Below are positions 45,135 through 54,243 of a stretch of 64,000 bases of DNA, piece by piece (position 1 is the first letter of the stretch; each line of letters starts with the position of its first letter). A model generated the notes under the pieces. That model did not search any database and had not been told where the DNA came from. It saw nothing but the letters and a program-made list of their open reading frames with translations. The translations under genes and the position numbers were made by a program. This DNA comes from an uncultured Nitrospina sp. (GTDB lineage: Bacteria; Nitrospinota; Nitrospinia; Nitrospinales; VA-1), in the NCBI GenBank assembly GCA_964344595.1, contig CAYFNV010000003.1, positions 117,032 to 181,031 on the forward strand, written 5' to 3'.

Positions 45135-46355
45135 ATGAAACTATTTTCCTCACTTGTCATAGCAGTAAGAGCGCTTTTTGCGCACAAGACTCGCACTTTT
45201 CTCGCATCGCTGGGAATTTTGATTGGTATCGCTTCTGTAATTGTTATGGTTGCCATTGGTAAAGGTTCGCAAAAGGAAGTGATGGATATCATTGCGGGAA
45301 TGGGAGAGAATCTAATCACCATTAACGCCGGAGAAATGAAAAGGCGGGGAGGGCGCCTTCGACTAACTGGCAATGTGACTACACTGACTGCTCGTGATGC
45401 GGATCGGATCGTAGATGAAATAGACGAGGTTGAAAGAGTTGCCCCTTTTGAAGAAAAAAGAATGGTGGCGAAATTTGGCAACAACTCTTCTGAAACCACC
45501 CTTGCTGGTTCCACCTACGATTTTCCTGTTATCCGTGACTATCGCCTGGAGCGCGGCGAATTTTTTTCCGAGCGGGATGTGAAAACAGCTAATCGTGTCG
45601 CGATTATTGGAATGACAACGGTTAAGAATCTTTTTGGGGAAGAAGATCCTCTAGGGCAAGTGGTCAAAGCTCATTTCATTCCCTTTAAAATCATAGGTGT
45701 GTTTGAACCAAAAGGGGTGGATACCAATGGGTTGGATCAGGATGACTTGATTTTAATTCCGCTTTCGACCTATTTACGCCGAATCGTTAATCAGAAATTT
45801 GTCAGCAGGATATTTGTAAAAGCGTCATCAAGGCAGAGCATCGATATAGCTTCTGAAAAAATTCGTGACCTTCTAAGGGAAAGCCACAAACTTACTGATG
45901 ATCGTAATGATGACTTTACCCTCATCACTCAATTGGATCTGGAAGAATTGAAAAAGGAAACCACCGAATTGTTTACCAAGTTGATCGTTGGAGTGGCGGC
46001 AATATCTTTGCTGGTAGGAGGCATTGGTATTCTGGCGGTGATGTTGATTTCGGTGAAGGAGCGAACCCGGGAAATTGGAATTCGGAGAGCAGTGGGAGCG
46101 ACACGCAGGGATATCGTCCGCCAGTTTATATATGAGTCATTGATAATTGGATTCTTTGGTGGCGGGATGGGTATTGTTTTGGGAGTGGGGCTGACCCTTG
46201 GATTGACGCATTGGGGTGACTGGACCCTTATTCTTGATCCTGATTCAATCTGGACAGCGAGCTGGGCCTGTGCTGGCATCGGTATATTATTTGGAGTATT
46301 TCCTGCCGTTAAGGCCTCCAAACTCGACCCAATGGAAGCTCTTACTGTGGAGTAG
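45135..46355 (+). CDS. ABC transporter permease, MacB-periplasmic-domain + FtsX family (2 of 2)
   Basis: Paralogue of the previous gene with the same architecture (RTREIGIRRAVGATR). Confidence 0.85.
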   Translation: MKLFSSLVIAVRALFAHKTRTFLASLGILIGIASVIVMVAIGKGSQKEVMDIIAGMGENLITINAGEMKRRGGRLRLTGNVTTLTARDADRIVDEIDEVERVAPFEEKRMVAKFGNNSSETTLAGSTYDFPVIRDYRLERGEFFSERDVKTANRVAIIGMTTVKNLFGEEDPLGQVVKAHFIPFKIIGVFEPKGVDTNGLDQDDLILIPLSTYLRRIVNQKFVSRIFVKASSRQSIDIASEKIRDLLRESHKLTDDRNDDFTLITQLDLEELKKETTELFTKLIVGVAAISLLVGGIGILAVMLISVKERTREIGIRRAVGATRRDIVRQFIYESLIIGFFGGGMGIVLGVGLTLGLTHWGDWTLILDPDSIWTASWACAGIGILFGVFPAVKASKLDPMEALTVE

Positions 46356-46374
46356 CGACAATTCATACATCCAC

Positions 46375-46417
46375 AAAAAAAGGTTCGTCCCCTTGACAGT
46401 GGACGAACCCCCTTTTA
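46375..46417. terminator. strong intrinsic terminator (bidirectional shape) after the ABC operon
   Basis: A-run, then 9-bp stem GGTTCGTCC/GGACGAACC with a 10-nt loop, then CCCCTTTT. Confidence 0.7.
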
Positions 46418-46617
46418 CCGTGAGTAAAGACTAGATACTACACAACATTTGCCTACAAACTATTAATGAAGGATTTGCAGGACTTGGAAGGAGGCGGCTA
46501 AATTACCGACCTCCTTAACCCCCTTCCCAGGGGGAACAGTAAAAACTTTACTTCTAGAAGCAGAAAGTTAATCGTTCTCTCCATAATGTTCTGACCTATT
46601 GGCCCTGCGCTGAGCAG

Positions 46618-47082
46618 TTAGAACATGATACCGCCATGGTTGGCGGAGATCATTCCTATCAACATGGGTATTGAAAGCCATGCATTGGTTCTGCTGGCAA
46701 GAAACGCCATTCTTTTCGCTTTATTCAGAGCATCCCCTTCCAGTTCACCAGCAATGATTTTTTTCTGATTCGGCCAAATGATGAACCAGACGTTGCCAGC
46801 CATGATTATGCCAAGTAACATGCCTACCATGATTTCTCCACTAGGGATTCCCTGAACAGTTCCTCGACCAGCCATATAATAAGCAATGCCAGTGATGACG
46901 GTCCACAGTGCAGCGTGGCGGAACAGGAACAGTGCGCGAGGTAGGATGATCTGGGTATAGGGTTTGCCGGCACCTGCCTCAACCATTTTAGGCATAGATT
47001 GAACTTGGACTAGATTAAAAAAATACAATAATCCAATCCATAATATTCCGATAATTACATGAAAAAATTCAAATACCCACAT
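46618..47082 (-). CDS. integral membrane protein (4 TM), similar to the N-terminal membrane domain of PuuD-type proteins
   Basis: FHVIIGILWIGLLYFFNLVQ motif recognised from memory only; 154 aa. Confidence 0.55.
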   Translation of the reverse strand: MWVFEFFHVIIGILWIGLLYFFNLVQVQSMPKMVEAGAGKPYTQIILPRALFLFRHAALWTVITGIAYYMAGRGTVQGIPSGEIMVGMLLGIIMAGNVWFIIWPNQKKIIAGELEGDALNKAKRMAFLASRTNAWLSIPMLIGMISANHGGIMF

Positions 47083-47386
47083 TTGGTTTTCCTCTCAATA
47101 CATTGTTGATATTTTCAGTTATTATTGACCGTTCTATACTTTGATGCTCTAAGAATGCTTTATTCTAATAAGTTGCACTTATAATCAATGAAATTTATAG
47201 AGGCTTCCTTTTATGGGGCAATTTTATGAAAAAACTTAAGGAAACAGGAGAAAACTAAGGTTCCTCTTTCATATAGAGGAAACATTTATAGGATGGTGGT
47301 AACTTCAATAAAGATTCAATATTTCTTTACCTCAGGGTGGATTTTATCAGAAAATGTCTATATTTTCCATTCCTTTAGTGTATGTT

Positions 47387-47698
47387 TTAGTTTCGGTTTA
47401 GGAACCAAAAGAGAGCAAGTAAACCAAATACCAGAGCAATAACCAGAGCATTTGGATAGGGTATCGACTTTTCTCCAATCTTGGCTTCCGAGTTATTCAG
47501 GCTTGAGAGTCTTTCTTTGAGCTCCTGGTTTTTTTGCTCGAGATCATTTTTTTCGGCTTTAAGTTTTGTAATCTCGTCCTTCAAGCGCAGGCGATCTACT
47601 TTAAGGGATTTGGATTTTTCTATTTCTCTTTGCAGGGCTTCTTCAGGACCCAGAGTCAGGCCATCTTCTTCCTTTGGCTCTTCCCAGGTCTCATTCAT
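47387..47698 (-). CDS. small coiled-coil protein with C-terminal TM anchor (hypothetical)
   Basis: Starts immediately after the aldo/keto reductase stop (no gap). Heptad-rich KLKAEKNDLEQKNQELKERL. Tail helix ALVIALVFGLLALFWF. Confidence 0.55.
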   Translation of the reverse strand: MNETWEEPKEEDGLTLGPEEALQREIEKSKSLKVDRLRLKDEITKLKAEKNDLEQKNQELKERLSSLNNSEAKIGEKSIPYPNALVIALVFGLLALFWFLNRN

Positions 47699-48655
47699 TC
47701 AATGCCCCTTTTTGACCATAGGAAATGAGTCGCTAGCTGTCGTCAGGCGTTGCAAGTGACCGGGGCTTAATTTTAGATCTGTAGATTTTGAGAATTCTTG
47801 AACCTGTTCAGGTTTTCGGGTTCCAACGATAGCAGTGAAAATATTTTCACGGGTAAGGACCCAGGCTAATGCAACTTCGACAGGTTTTCGGCCTAATTCA
47901 TCGGCAACATCGCGCACAGTTTCCCATACTTTTTTAGCATGTGGATAAATCTGACTTTGATAAAGAAAATGGTGTTTCCGGGTGGGCATTTCAAGATCTT
48001 CCCGGTTCATGGGTTTTGCCAGCAAACCTTGAGCAGTGGGTGAGAAAACCATGTAAGGGATATTTTCATTTTTGCACAGGCTCATGGTTTTTCCTTCATA
48101 AGCCCGGTCTAGCAGACTATAGGGTACTTGATTCATGGAAAATATATTGAGCTTATTACCCAGCAGGGTTAAATCATGGGACTGGAAATTGGAAAGACCT
48201 ACTGTTGTGGCTTTCCCACTTTTTTTGATCGAATACATAAATTCGGCAAGTCGGGCACTTTTTTCCGGAGTATTGAAATAACTTCCCGGCCAATGGATCA
48301 GATAAAGATCCACATAGTCCCTGTCCAGAGCTTTAAGCGAATCTTCAAGGCGTTGCTGGTAGGCTTTAATAGTCAGTTCTGCATCGGGCCAGATTTTGGA
48401 TATGATGATGACAGAATTTTTATGCGATCCAAGGGCTTTCCCCAATCTGCGCTCTGATTCTCCATCACCATAACCTTCTGCGGTATCGAAGGCCGTGATG
48501 CCATGATCAAGAGCTGAATGAACAACCCTTTCAGCATCTTTGGGTGGGCAGATATCTCCCCATCCTCCACTGGGAGCTATTTGCCAGCATCCTAGAGTTA
48601 TCCGGCTCCAGTCTTTGTTTATGCCTTTAATCCGGTCATAGATCACACATACCAC
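47699..48655 (-). CDS. aldo/keto reductase
   Basis: AKR pattern: FDTAEGYG, YLIHWP, and the C-terminal IVGTRKPEQV region. GTG start. Confidence 0.8.
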   Translation of the reverse strand: MVCVIYDRIKGINKDWSRITLGCWQIAPSGGWGDICPPKDAERVVHSALDHGITAFDTAEGYGDGESERRLGKALGSHKNSVIIISKIWPDAELTIKAYQQRLEDSLKALDRDYVDLYLIHWPGSYFNTPEKSARLAEFMYSIKKSGKATTVGLSNFQSHDLTLLGNKLNIFSMNQVPYSLLDRAYEGKTMSLCKNENIPYMVFSPTAQGLLAKPMNREDLEMPTRKHHFLYQSQIYPHAKKVWETVRDVADELGRKPVEVALAWVLTRENIFTAIVGTRKPEQVQEFSKSTDLKLSPGHLQRLTTASDSFPMVKKGH

Positions 48656-49008
48656 CTGAAATAAGTAACACGAGTCTTGTATCCTTCGTTGTTATTAACT
48701 AGCCAATGCTCGATACGAGACACATTGTTACGGAACTGCCAGAGTTTCCAGGCGACACTCAAGATTAAGATTCCAGCTAAAAGCATGACTCCGGCAAAGA
48801 AGTATGCAATTAATGCGGGGTAAGCAAAAATAAGCACAGCCAACAAAAACAGAGCTCCACCAAAAATAAATGTTCCCCATGTTAGTGTTTTATGACTATG
48901 TGAAAAAAAACTATTTGAAAAAGGATTGTTATAACTCATGGCAAGCCTTTCTTTGCATAAAGGTTCTCTATCTAATATATAGATAGAATTCCACTTCTTA
49001 TTTGTCAA
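48643..49008 (-). CDS. small membrane protein (2 TM, DUF308/HdeD-like?)
   Basis: Two adjacent hydrophobic helices. 13-nt overlap with the AKR start. Confidence 0.5.
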   Translation of the reverse strand: MTNKKWNSIYILDREPLCKERLAMSYNNPFSNSFFSHSHKTLTWGTFIFGGALFLLAVLIFAYPALIAYFFAGVMLLAGILILSVAWKLWQFRNNVSRIEHWLVNNNEGYKTRVTYFRWYV

Positions 49009-49153
49009 GCCCCTGTCAGTATCTGAATTAATGAGTTAAAACTAAAACTATCTTGGTTTAATGCTTTGCTTGCTGAAAAGAGTGAATGAATATTGCATCG
49101 CTATTGGAACAAGTTCATATGAAGGGCTCGTATGAAACCATTTATCGTGAAAG

Positions 49154-49723
49154 TCACACTGGTATTTTTCTGAAATCTTTTTTTTGTTGAGCCATAGGGC
49201 GCTTCCAGTTGGTAACACGGGGACTGGGGTGGTATAGAGGGAATAGTTTGAAGTCTGGTGTGCCAATAGCTTTAGCAACATTTTGGCTTAGCTGAAATCG
49301 GCTGCCGAGAATTAGATTGAGAGCGTTAAGAGCTACTGTGCCAAGAGTGACAACCACTTTTGGTTGAATAATTTCCAGTGTCTTTTTTAAAAATGCTGAG
49401 CAGTTCCTGATCTCCTTCGCACTTGGCCTGCGATTATTGCCTTCCACAAGAGGATTACATAATACTGCATTGGTGATAAAAACTTCAGAGCGGGTTAATC
49501 CAATATGTTTCAGCAGGATTTCAAAATTTTTCCCTGACCGATCACCTTGAAAAGGAACACCGGTTCTCCCCGCACCAAACCTGCCGGGTGCTTCTGCTAC
49601 AAAGACGATACCGGAGTTTAGTGAACCGTTAGCGGAACCCAGCACAGCTGGTTGGTCTGCGAGAGAGGGACATAAACGGCAGGAGGCCGCATCATTTTCC
49701 AACCGGTGAAAATTTTTATTCAT
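49154..49723 (-). CDS. uracil-DNA glycosylase superfamily protein (family 4/5-like)
   Basis: Motif A region VFVAEAPG; motif B YHPSPRV; N-terminal CRLCP. The start chosen at MNKNF (49723) overlaps the stop of the upstream mini-ORF; the ORF track extends to 49804. Confidence 0.7.
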   Translation of the reverse strand: MNKNFHRLENDAASCRLCPSLADQPAVLGSANGSLNSGIVFVAEAPGRFGAGRTGVPFQGDRSGKNFEILLKHIGLTRSEVFITNAVLCNPLVEGNNRRPSAKEIRNCSAFLKKTLEIIQPKVVVTLGTVALNALNLILGSRFQLSQNVAKAIGTPDFKLFPLYHPSPRVTNWKRPMAQQKKDFRKIPV

Positions 49724-49868
49724 TGCCTCGGCTGGCAGGTTGCTCGTCATGTTTGTGCTCAACGTTTTCATTGTCATCCTGATCTTCTTCATCATCGCTT
49801 GCACGGCAAATGACGAAGAAGCCTATGATGAGCAAAACGCTGGCTACAAGAGTAAACAGAATATCCAT
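49716..49868 (-). CDS. 50-aa single-TM peptide with strongly acidic tail (hypothetical)
   Basis: MDILFTLVASVLLIIGFFVIC then RASDDEEDQDDNENVEHKHDE. Starts 8 nt after the upstream stop, and its stop overlaps the UDG ATG. Confidence 0.4.
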   Translation of the reverse strand: MDILFTLVASVLLIIGFFVICRASDDEEDQDDNENVEHKHDEQPASRGNE

Positions 49869-49876
49869 GATACCTA

Positions 49877-50284
49877 TTAAACGGGTTTGATGGTAGCCAG
49901 ATAGATCATGCAGGCACCGACAATAAAAATGGCGATATGTACCATCATGGCGTATTTTTTGGGTAATATATCTTCTTTTATTTGTTTCCCATTTTGGATG
50001 CCGAGTACGATCAATATTACCAGCAGTCCTAATTTCCAATAGATCCATTTAGACTCGGCAAAAACTCCGGTCTTTACCGCAAGCACGGTTCCAGATATAA
50101 GGGTTACTCCCAGGATGGGATAGTATATGAACTTGTGGATTCGATTCTGGGTTTTTCTGAGGCCTTCTGCTTCTTCAGCGGATTTAAGGCGCAAACGGAA
50201 CACAACAGAAAGAGATTGCAGAAACAAGGTTCCAATGACCAGGCACATTGATATCATGTGCAGGGTGAGAAAAAAGTTTTTCAT
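49877..50284 (-). CDS. 4-TM membrane protein (hypothetical, SirB/DUF-like)
   Basis: Four hydrophobic helices; 135 aa. Confidence 0.6.
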   Translation of the reverse strand: MKNFFLTLHMISMCLVIGTLFLQSLSVVFRLRLKSAEEAEGLRKTQNRIHKFIYYPILGVTLISGTVLAVKTGVFAESKWIYWKLGLLVILIVLGIQNGKQIKEDILPKKYAMMVHIAIFIVGACMIYLATIKPV

Positions 50285-50302
50285 TTAAATCAGTCCATTG
50301 TA

Positions 50303-50761
50303 TCAGGGTTCATCCGGGCTGGCTGTTGGAGGCTCACTTGCCCAATAAGTACGGCTGGAAACAATCAAGGCCATTCCTATTCCACAATAAATTGCTGCAA
50401 CCACCACATAGCCCCCAAGATATTCGTTGTAGGAACGCAATAGAACTCCAAGGCCCATCATTAAAGGAATTAAAAAATAGAATGGTTTAGCAAAAATCTG
50501 ATGGATGTGTACAGGGTCTTCCAACCCATGAATCCGGGCTTTGTTTTTCCTGGCAGTTTTGCTCAATACAAATTTTCCTTTAACAAGGCCAATTAGCATG
50601 GCTGTGATTACTGAAAGGATGATGGCTATTTGGGTAGAATGTTGTTCCTGACCAGCAAGTTGATACAACCCAAACCCGCGAAAAATCAGGAATAGCCCAA
50701 TAATGCACCATAATCCTCCGGCGATAGAAGTAAGGCTGTTTTTATTCAAAAGAACCCCCAT
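50303..50761 (-). CDS. 4-TM membrane protein (hypothetical)
   Basis: Four hydrophobic helices; 152 aa. 18 nt upstream of the next gene. Confidence 0.6.
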   Translation of the reverse strand: MGVLLNKNSLTSIAGGLWCIIGLFLIFRGFGLYQLAGQEQHSTQIAIILSVITAMLIGLVKGKFVLSKTARKNKARIHGLEDPVHIHQIFAKPFYFLIPLMMGLGVLLRSYNEYLGGYVVVAAIYCGIGMALIVSSRTYWASEPPTASPDEP

Positions 50762-50829
50762 TTGATATGATTACGAATTAGATGATAATAGCAGGTAAAA
50801 GTTTCATCCGCACCCTGCAATATTGCCAA

Positions 50830-51264
50830 TCAACTGGATCTCGGTGACTCTCCTCTCACTAAGCGAACGGACATTCTGCCGCTTTTGCTCTTGTAAAGAG
50901 GCCGCACTTCTCCATTTTTAAAGTCGAATAAAGAACCATAGCTTCCTCCTTCTCCTTTCAGCCAGACTGTAGACTGACCACCGGGTGGAAAGGCAGTTTC
51001 TAAATGGTTTTCTTTTTCATATTTATCATGGTTTGTGACTTCAGGGTTGTACAAGGTACGTATTTCATCCTCGACAGGTAATCGCCAGTCCTGAAAACCG
51101 CAAAATTTAATGCCGTTCATATAAACTGAGAATTCATGGGCTTCGTCCCAGGTGAACCATTTAGCTTCCCTTTGCCATCCATCTTCCCGGAGCCACATTA
51201 GAGAGGTTTTTGTGTCAGTTAGGGTCCCATCCTGATTATCTTTAAATCTTTCTGAGTCGGACAT
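50830..51264 (-). CDS. DUF1566 (Lcl C-terminal-like) domain protein, no signal peptide
   Basis: TSLMW...W.EA......G..DWRLP...E pattern. Confidence 0.6.
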   Translation of the reverse strand: MSDSERFKDNQDGTLTDTKTSLMWLREDGWQREAKWFTWDEAHEFSVYMNGIKFCGFQDWRLPVEDEIRTLYNPEVTNHDKYEKENHLETAFPPGGQSTVWLKGEGGSYGSLFDFKNGEVRPLYKSKSGRMSVRLVRGESPRSS

Positions 51265-51277
51265 AAATTTATCAATT

Positions 51278-52378
51278 TTAAGTTTGTGGGACAGTATCCA
51301 GAGGAATCTTTTTCAACCTTGCTTTCAAGCCTTCCAGATCAAAAGTTGGAGGGTTTTGAAAAGCCTTATCGTTGATGATGCTTTCAAAAGAGTATTTTAG
51401 TAGTGTATTGGACCAGGCGATTAAAGGGGTCCCAAACAAAATACGTTTTACAGTACTGCGCGAAATCTTTACCTGAGCATTGGAATTGAGTAATACTGGG
51501 TTGTCGTGAAGCACATCTACAGTTTTAATTGCCATCCACAAAGGCCAGATACAAAACAGGCGTAATGCGATCTCGGTCCTGGGAATAGCTAGTGTGAATT
51601 TTAAGGCATCGTTCAAATGGCCAACGGTTTTGCCCAATAAGCCTTCCAGAATAAGCAGGTTTTTATCAATAGATTCTCCGGAATGAAATTCTTCTACGGT
51701 CAAACCTTTTTCTGAAATGATGCTCCGGGGGATGTATGACCAGCCTCTTTCGCGGTCAGCAATGATGTCTTTGGATATGTTGGTCATCTGTAGTCCGAGG
51801 CCGAATGAAACGGCATTTTGGCGCATGACATTTCGCGCTTCCTCAGTAAGGTTTGGAAGTTTTTGGAAAAAAAGGTTGCATAACATTTCTCCCACTACAC
51901 CTGCTACAAAATAACAATAATCTTCAAGATCTTGTAAGTTTTCCAATGGTGTGATTTGGCCGAATTGAAAGCGATTTTGAAAGAAGGCCATACCCTTGGC
52001 CATTTTTGCAACGGAAGAAGTGATAGGATCCTGATGGTTTTTGGGAAGAGAATCAAAGACATTGAACACCCGTGAAACCTGGTGAAGAAGATCCAGATCG
52101 TTGGGTGCTCCATCTACAGCATTGCATTTTTCAACCCATGCAGCTAGATTTTTTTCACGGTAATCCCGGTCTTCTATCATCTGCGAAAACTCAAATAATA
52201 GCCGGTTTTTTATTTTTGGATCCAGTTTTGCCGCGTCTTCAACTGTGTCTACAGTCCGGCAAAAAAGATATGCGGTGAGAATGCTTCGGTGAAGTTCGCC
52301 ACTTAGAACGGATATGTTTAACGCGAAGGTTCTGCTAACTTTGGGAAGCTTTTGTACGCAATAGGTCCAGTCGTCCAT
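51278..52378 (-). CDS. squalene synthase (farnesyl-diphosphate farnesyltransferase, Sqs type)
   Basis: SRTFALNISVL...YLFCRTVDTVED (DTxED), YCYFVAGVVGEML and GLGLQMTNISKDI match SQS-type motifs rather than short HpnC/HpnD proteins. 366 aa. Confidence 0.75.
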   Translation of the reverse strand: MDDWTYCVQKLPKVSRTFALNISVLSGELHRSILTAYLFCRTVDTVEDAAKLDPKIKNRLLFEFSQMIEDRDYREKNLAAWVEKCNAVDGAPNDLDLLHQVSRVFNVFDSLPKNHQDPITSSVAKMAKGMAFFQNRFQFGQITPLENLQDLEDYCYFVAGVVGEMLCNLFFQKLPNLTEEARNVMRQNAVSFGLGLQMTNISKDIIADRERGWSYIPRSIISEKGLTVEEFHSGESIDKNLLILEGLLGKTVGHLNDALKFTLAIPRTEIALRLFCIWPLWMAIKTVDVLHDNPVLLNSNAQVKISRSTVKRILFGTPLIAWSNTLLKYSFESIINDKAFQNPPTFDLEGLKARLKKIPLDTVPQT

Positions 52379-52504
52379 TCTTGCAAAAAACCCTCAGGGT
52401 TATACCGGGAAAAAAGATTCAGAGTGCTTCCAGGATTAAGAGAAATGCCTGAAGTAATGAGATTTCACTAGCCTTGACTCTTAAGGAAAATATGCTGGTT
52501 TCTA

Positions 52505-53392
52505 TCAGGAATGGAGAGCTTTTTCTTCCACACTTTCAACCCTTTTGGCAATTTTTAATATTTCAGAATGCACCTCGTTGATGACGTCTTCCGGCGTGCT
52601 GGTCCCTGCTGTAATACCCACATGTTGTTTGCCAATGAACCATTCCTGATCCAGTTGGTGAAATGATTCGATATGGTGTGCCTCAACACCTTTTTCTTCG
52701 CAAACATGCACCAGCTTTTTCGTATTAGAAGAATTAAAACCGCCTATTACAATCATCAAATCGACTTGGTCTGCCAATTCATGCACCGCCACCTGCCGAT
52801 CCTGGGTAGGTTGGCAGATAGTATTGACAAACGCTACATCGTCTACATAATCAAGAGCCCGAATTTTTTCTACGAGGCTCTCAACTTTATCGGTTTGCTG
52901 AGTAGTTTGAGATACTATTCCAAGCTTCCGGTTGCCAGAAGCCTTGATTTTTTCAAAATCATCTTCATTATTGATGACCAGATGGGCCTCAAGATCCCCT
53001 ACAATACCTTTAACTTCCACATGGTCTTTTTGTCCGATAACGACTGGGAAGTAGCCCTTTGTAACCAGCGATTTAATGGTTTGGTGAACCCTCATTACCA
53101 GCGGGCAACTCGCGTCATAAACTATAAAACCGGCCTCGTGTAATTGTTTTTTGGTTTTTTCAGCTGCTCCATGCGCGGTAATCATGACTTTTTTGGTTCT
53201 GATTTGACTTATTTCTTCAATTCCGGGTACTAGAGATACCCCATTTTGCTTTAAAGACTCGCTGACCTGAGGGTTGTGGACTAACTGACCTACGATTGTC
53301 AGGTCGGAATGGAATTCTGGAGACATGGCCAGGTCAATAGCATCTCTGACTCCGAAACAGGTACCCATTGCGCTGGCAAGGGAGACTTTCAT
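52505..53392 (-). CDS. ispH: 4-hydroxy-3-methylbut-2-enyl diphosphate reductase
   Basis: Three conserved Cys contexts: TCFGV, ASCPLV and TICQPT. Confidence 0.9.
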   Translation of the reverse strand: MKVSLASAMGTCFGVRDAIDLAMSPEFHSDLTIVGQLVHNPQVSESLKQNGVSLVPGIEEISQIRTKKVMITAHGAAEKTKKQLHEAGFIVYDASCPLVMRVHQTIKSLVTKGYFPVVIGQKDHVEVKGIVGDLEAHLVINNEDDFEKIKASGNRKLGIVSQTTQQTDKVESLVEKIRALDYVDDVAFVNTICQPTQDRQVAVHELADQVDLMIVIGGFNSSNTKKLVHVCEEKGVEAHHIESFHQLDQEWFIGKQHVGITAGTSTPEDVINEVHSEILKIAKRVESVEEKALHS

Positions 53393-53461
53393 TATATTTT
53401 CCTTAATGGATGAATTTAAAACTTACTGGTGAATTAACAGCCTAAATAATAACAAACTGAG

Positions 53462-53487
53462 TAAGGGTTTTAAATAAAAAACCCTTA
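53462..53487 (-). terminator. 10-bp hairpin that begins with the sdhB stop codon
   Basis: TAAGGGTTTT-ttattt-AAAACCCTTA on the minus strand; a weak U-rich tract follows. Confidence 0.45.
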
Positions 53488-54243
53488 TTTGGTGAAGAGG
53501 TTTTTTATTGCCTGCCAGGTAGTTTGACGACCAATATCTGCGATAGACTCTGTCAGTGGGATATTTTTAGGGCATACTTCAACACAAACCTGGGCATTTC
53601 CACAATCGGTTATCCCACCTTCGCCCATGACTGTTTCCAGCCTTTCCTCTTTTTTCATTGCCCCAGTGGGGTGTAAATTGAAAAGTCGAACTTGGCTAAA
53701 AGTAGCGGCTCCCAGAAAGGAATTATCTTTTGTGAACTGAGGGCAGGCCTCCAGACAACATCCGCAAGTCATGCACTCTGACATGACATAACGTTTTGCC
53801 CGGTCCTGGTCCGGCATGATCGGTCCTTCTCCGATGTCATGGCTTCCATCAATTTCGATCCAGGCCTTAACTTTTTTCAGGTTATCAAACATACGTTCGC
53901 GATTAACCTGTAGATCACGCACGACAGGAAATTTGGACATGGGCTCCAGGACAATAGTGTTATCCAAATGGTCGACCAGGGCCGTACAGGCCTGCCGAAC
54001 TCGTCCATTGATCAACATGGTGCAGGACCCGCAAACTTCCTCAAGGCAATTACAATCCCACGTGACCGGAGTAACGGTCTTACCATCTTTTGTTATTGGG
54101 TTTCTTTGCACTTCCATCAAGCACGAAATGACATTTGCGTGAGGTCTGTTAGGCACCTCGAACGTTTGCCAGTAAGCGGTGGATGCAGGTGAGTCCTGAC
54201 GCTTGATCTTTAAAGTTATGTTTTTCTCAGTCATAGCGTTCAA
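53485..54243 (-). CDS. sdhB: succinate dehydrogenase/fumarate reductase iron-sulfur subunit
   Basis: Cys clusters CNCLEEVCGSC, CMTCGCCLEACP and CGNAQVCVEVCP. Confidence 0.9.
   Translation of the reverse strand: MNAMTEKNITLKIKRQDSPASTAYWQTFEVPNRPHANVISCLMEVQRNPITKDGKTVTPVTWDCNCLEEVCGSCTMLINGRVRQACTALVDHLDNTIVLEPMSKFPVVRDLQVNRERMFDNLKKVKAWIEIDGSHDIGEGPIMPDQDRAKRYVMSECMTCGCCLEACPQFTKDNSFLGAATFSQVRLFNLHPTGAMKKEERLETVMGEGGITDCGNAQVCVEVCPKNIPLTESIADIGRQTTWQAIKNLFTK

Noticed and set aside
49869-50048. Upstream 60 codons of the 110-aa ORF 49716..50048
   Set aside because: This part overlaps the 4-TM gene 49877..50284 in another frame. Only the last 50 codons (from MDILF at 49868) are free-standing, and even those are only tentatively coding.
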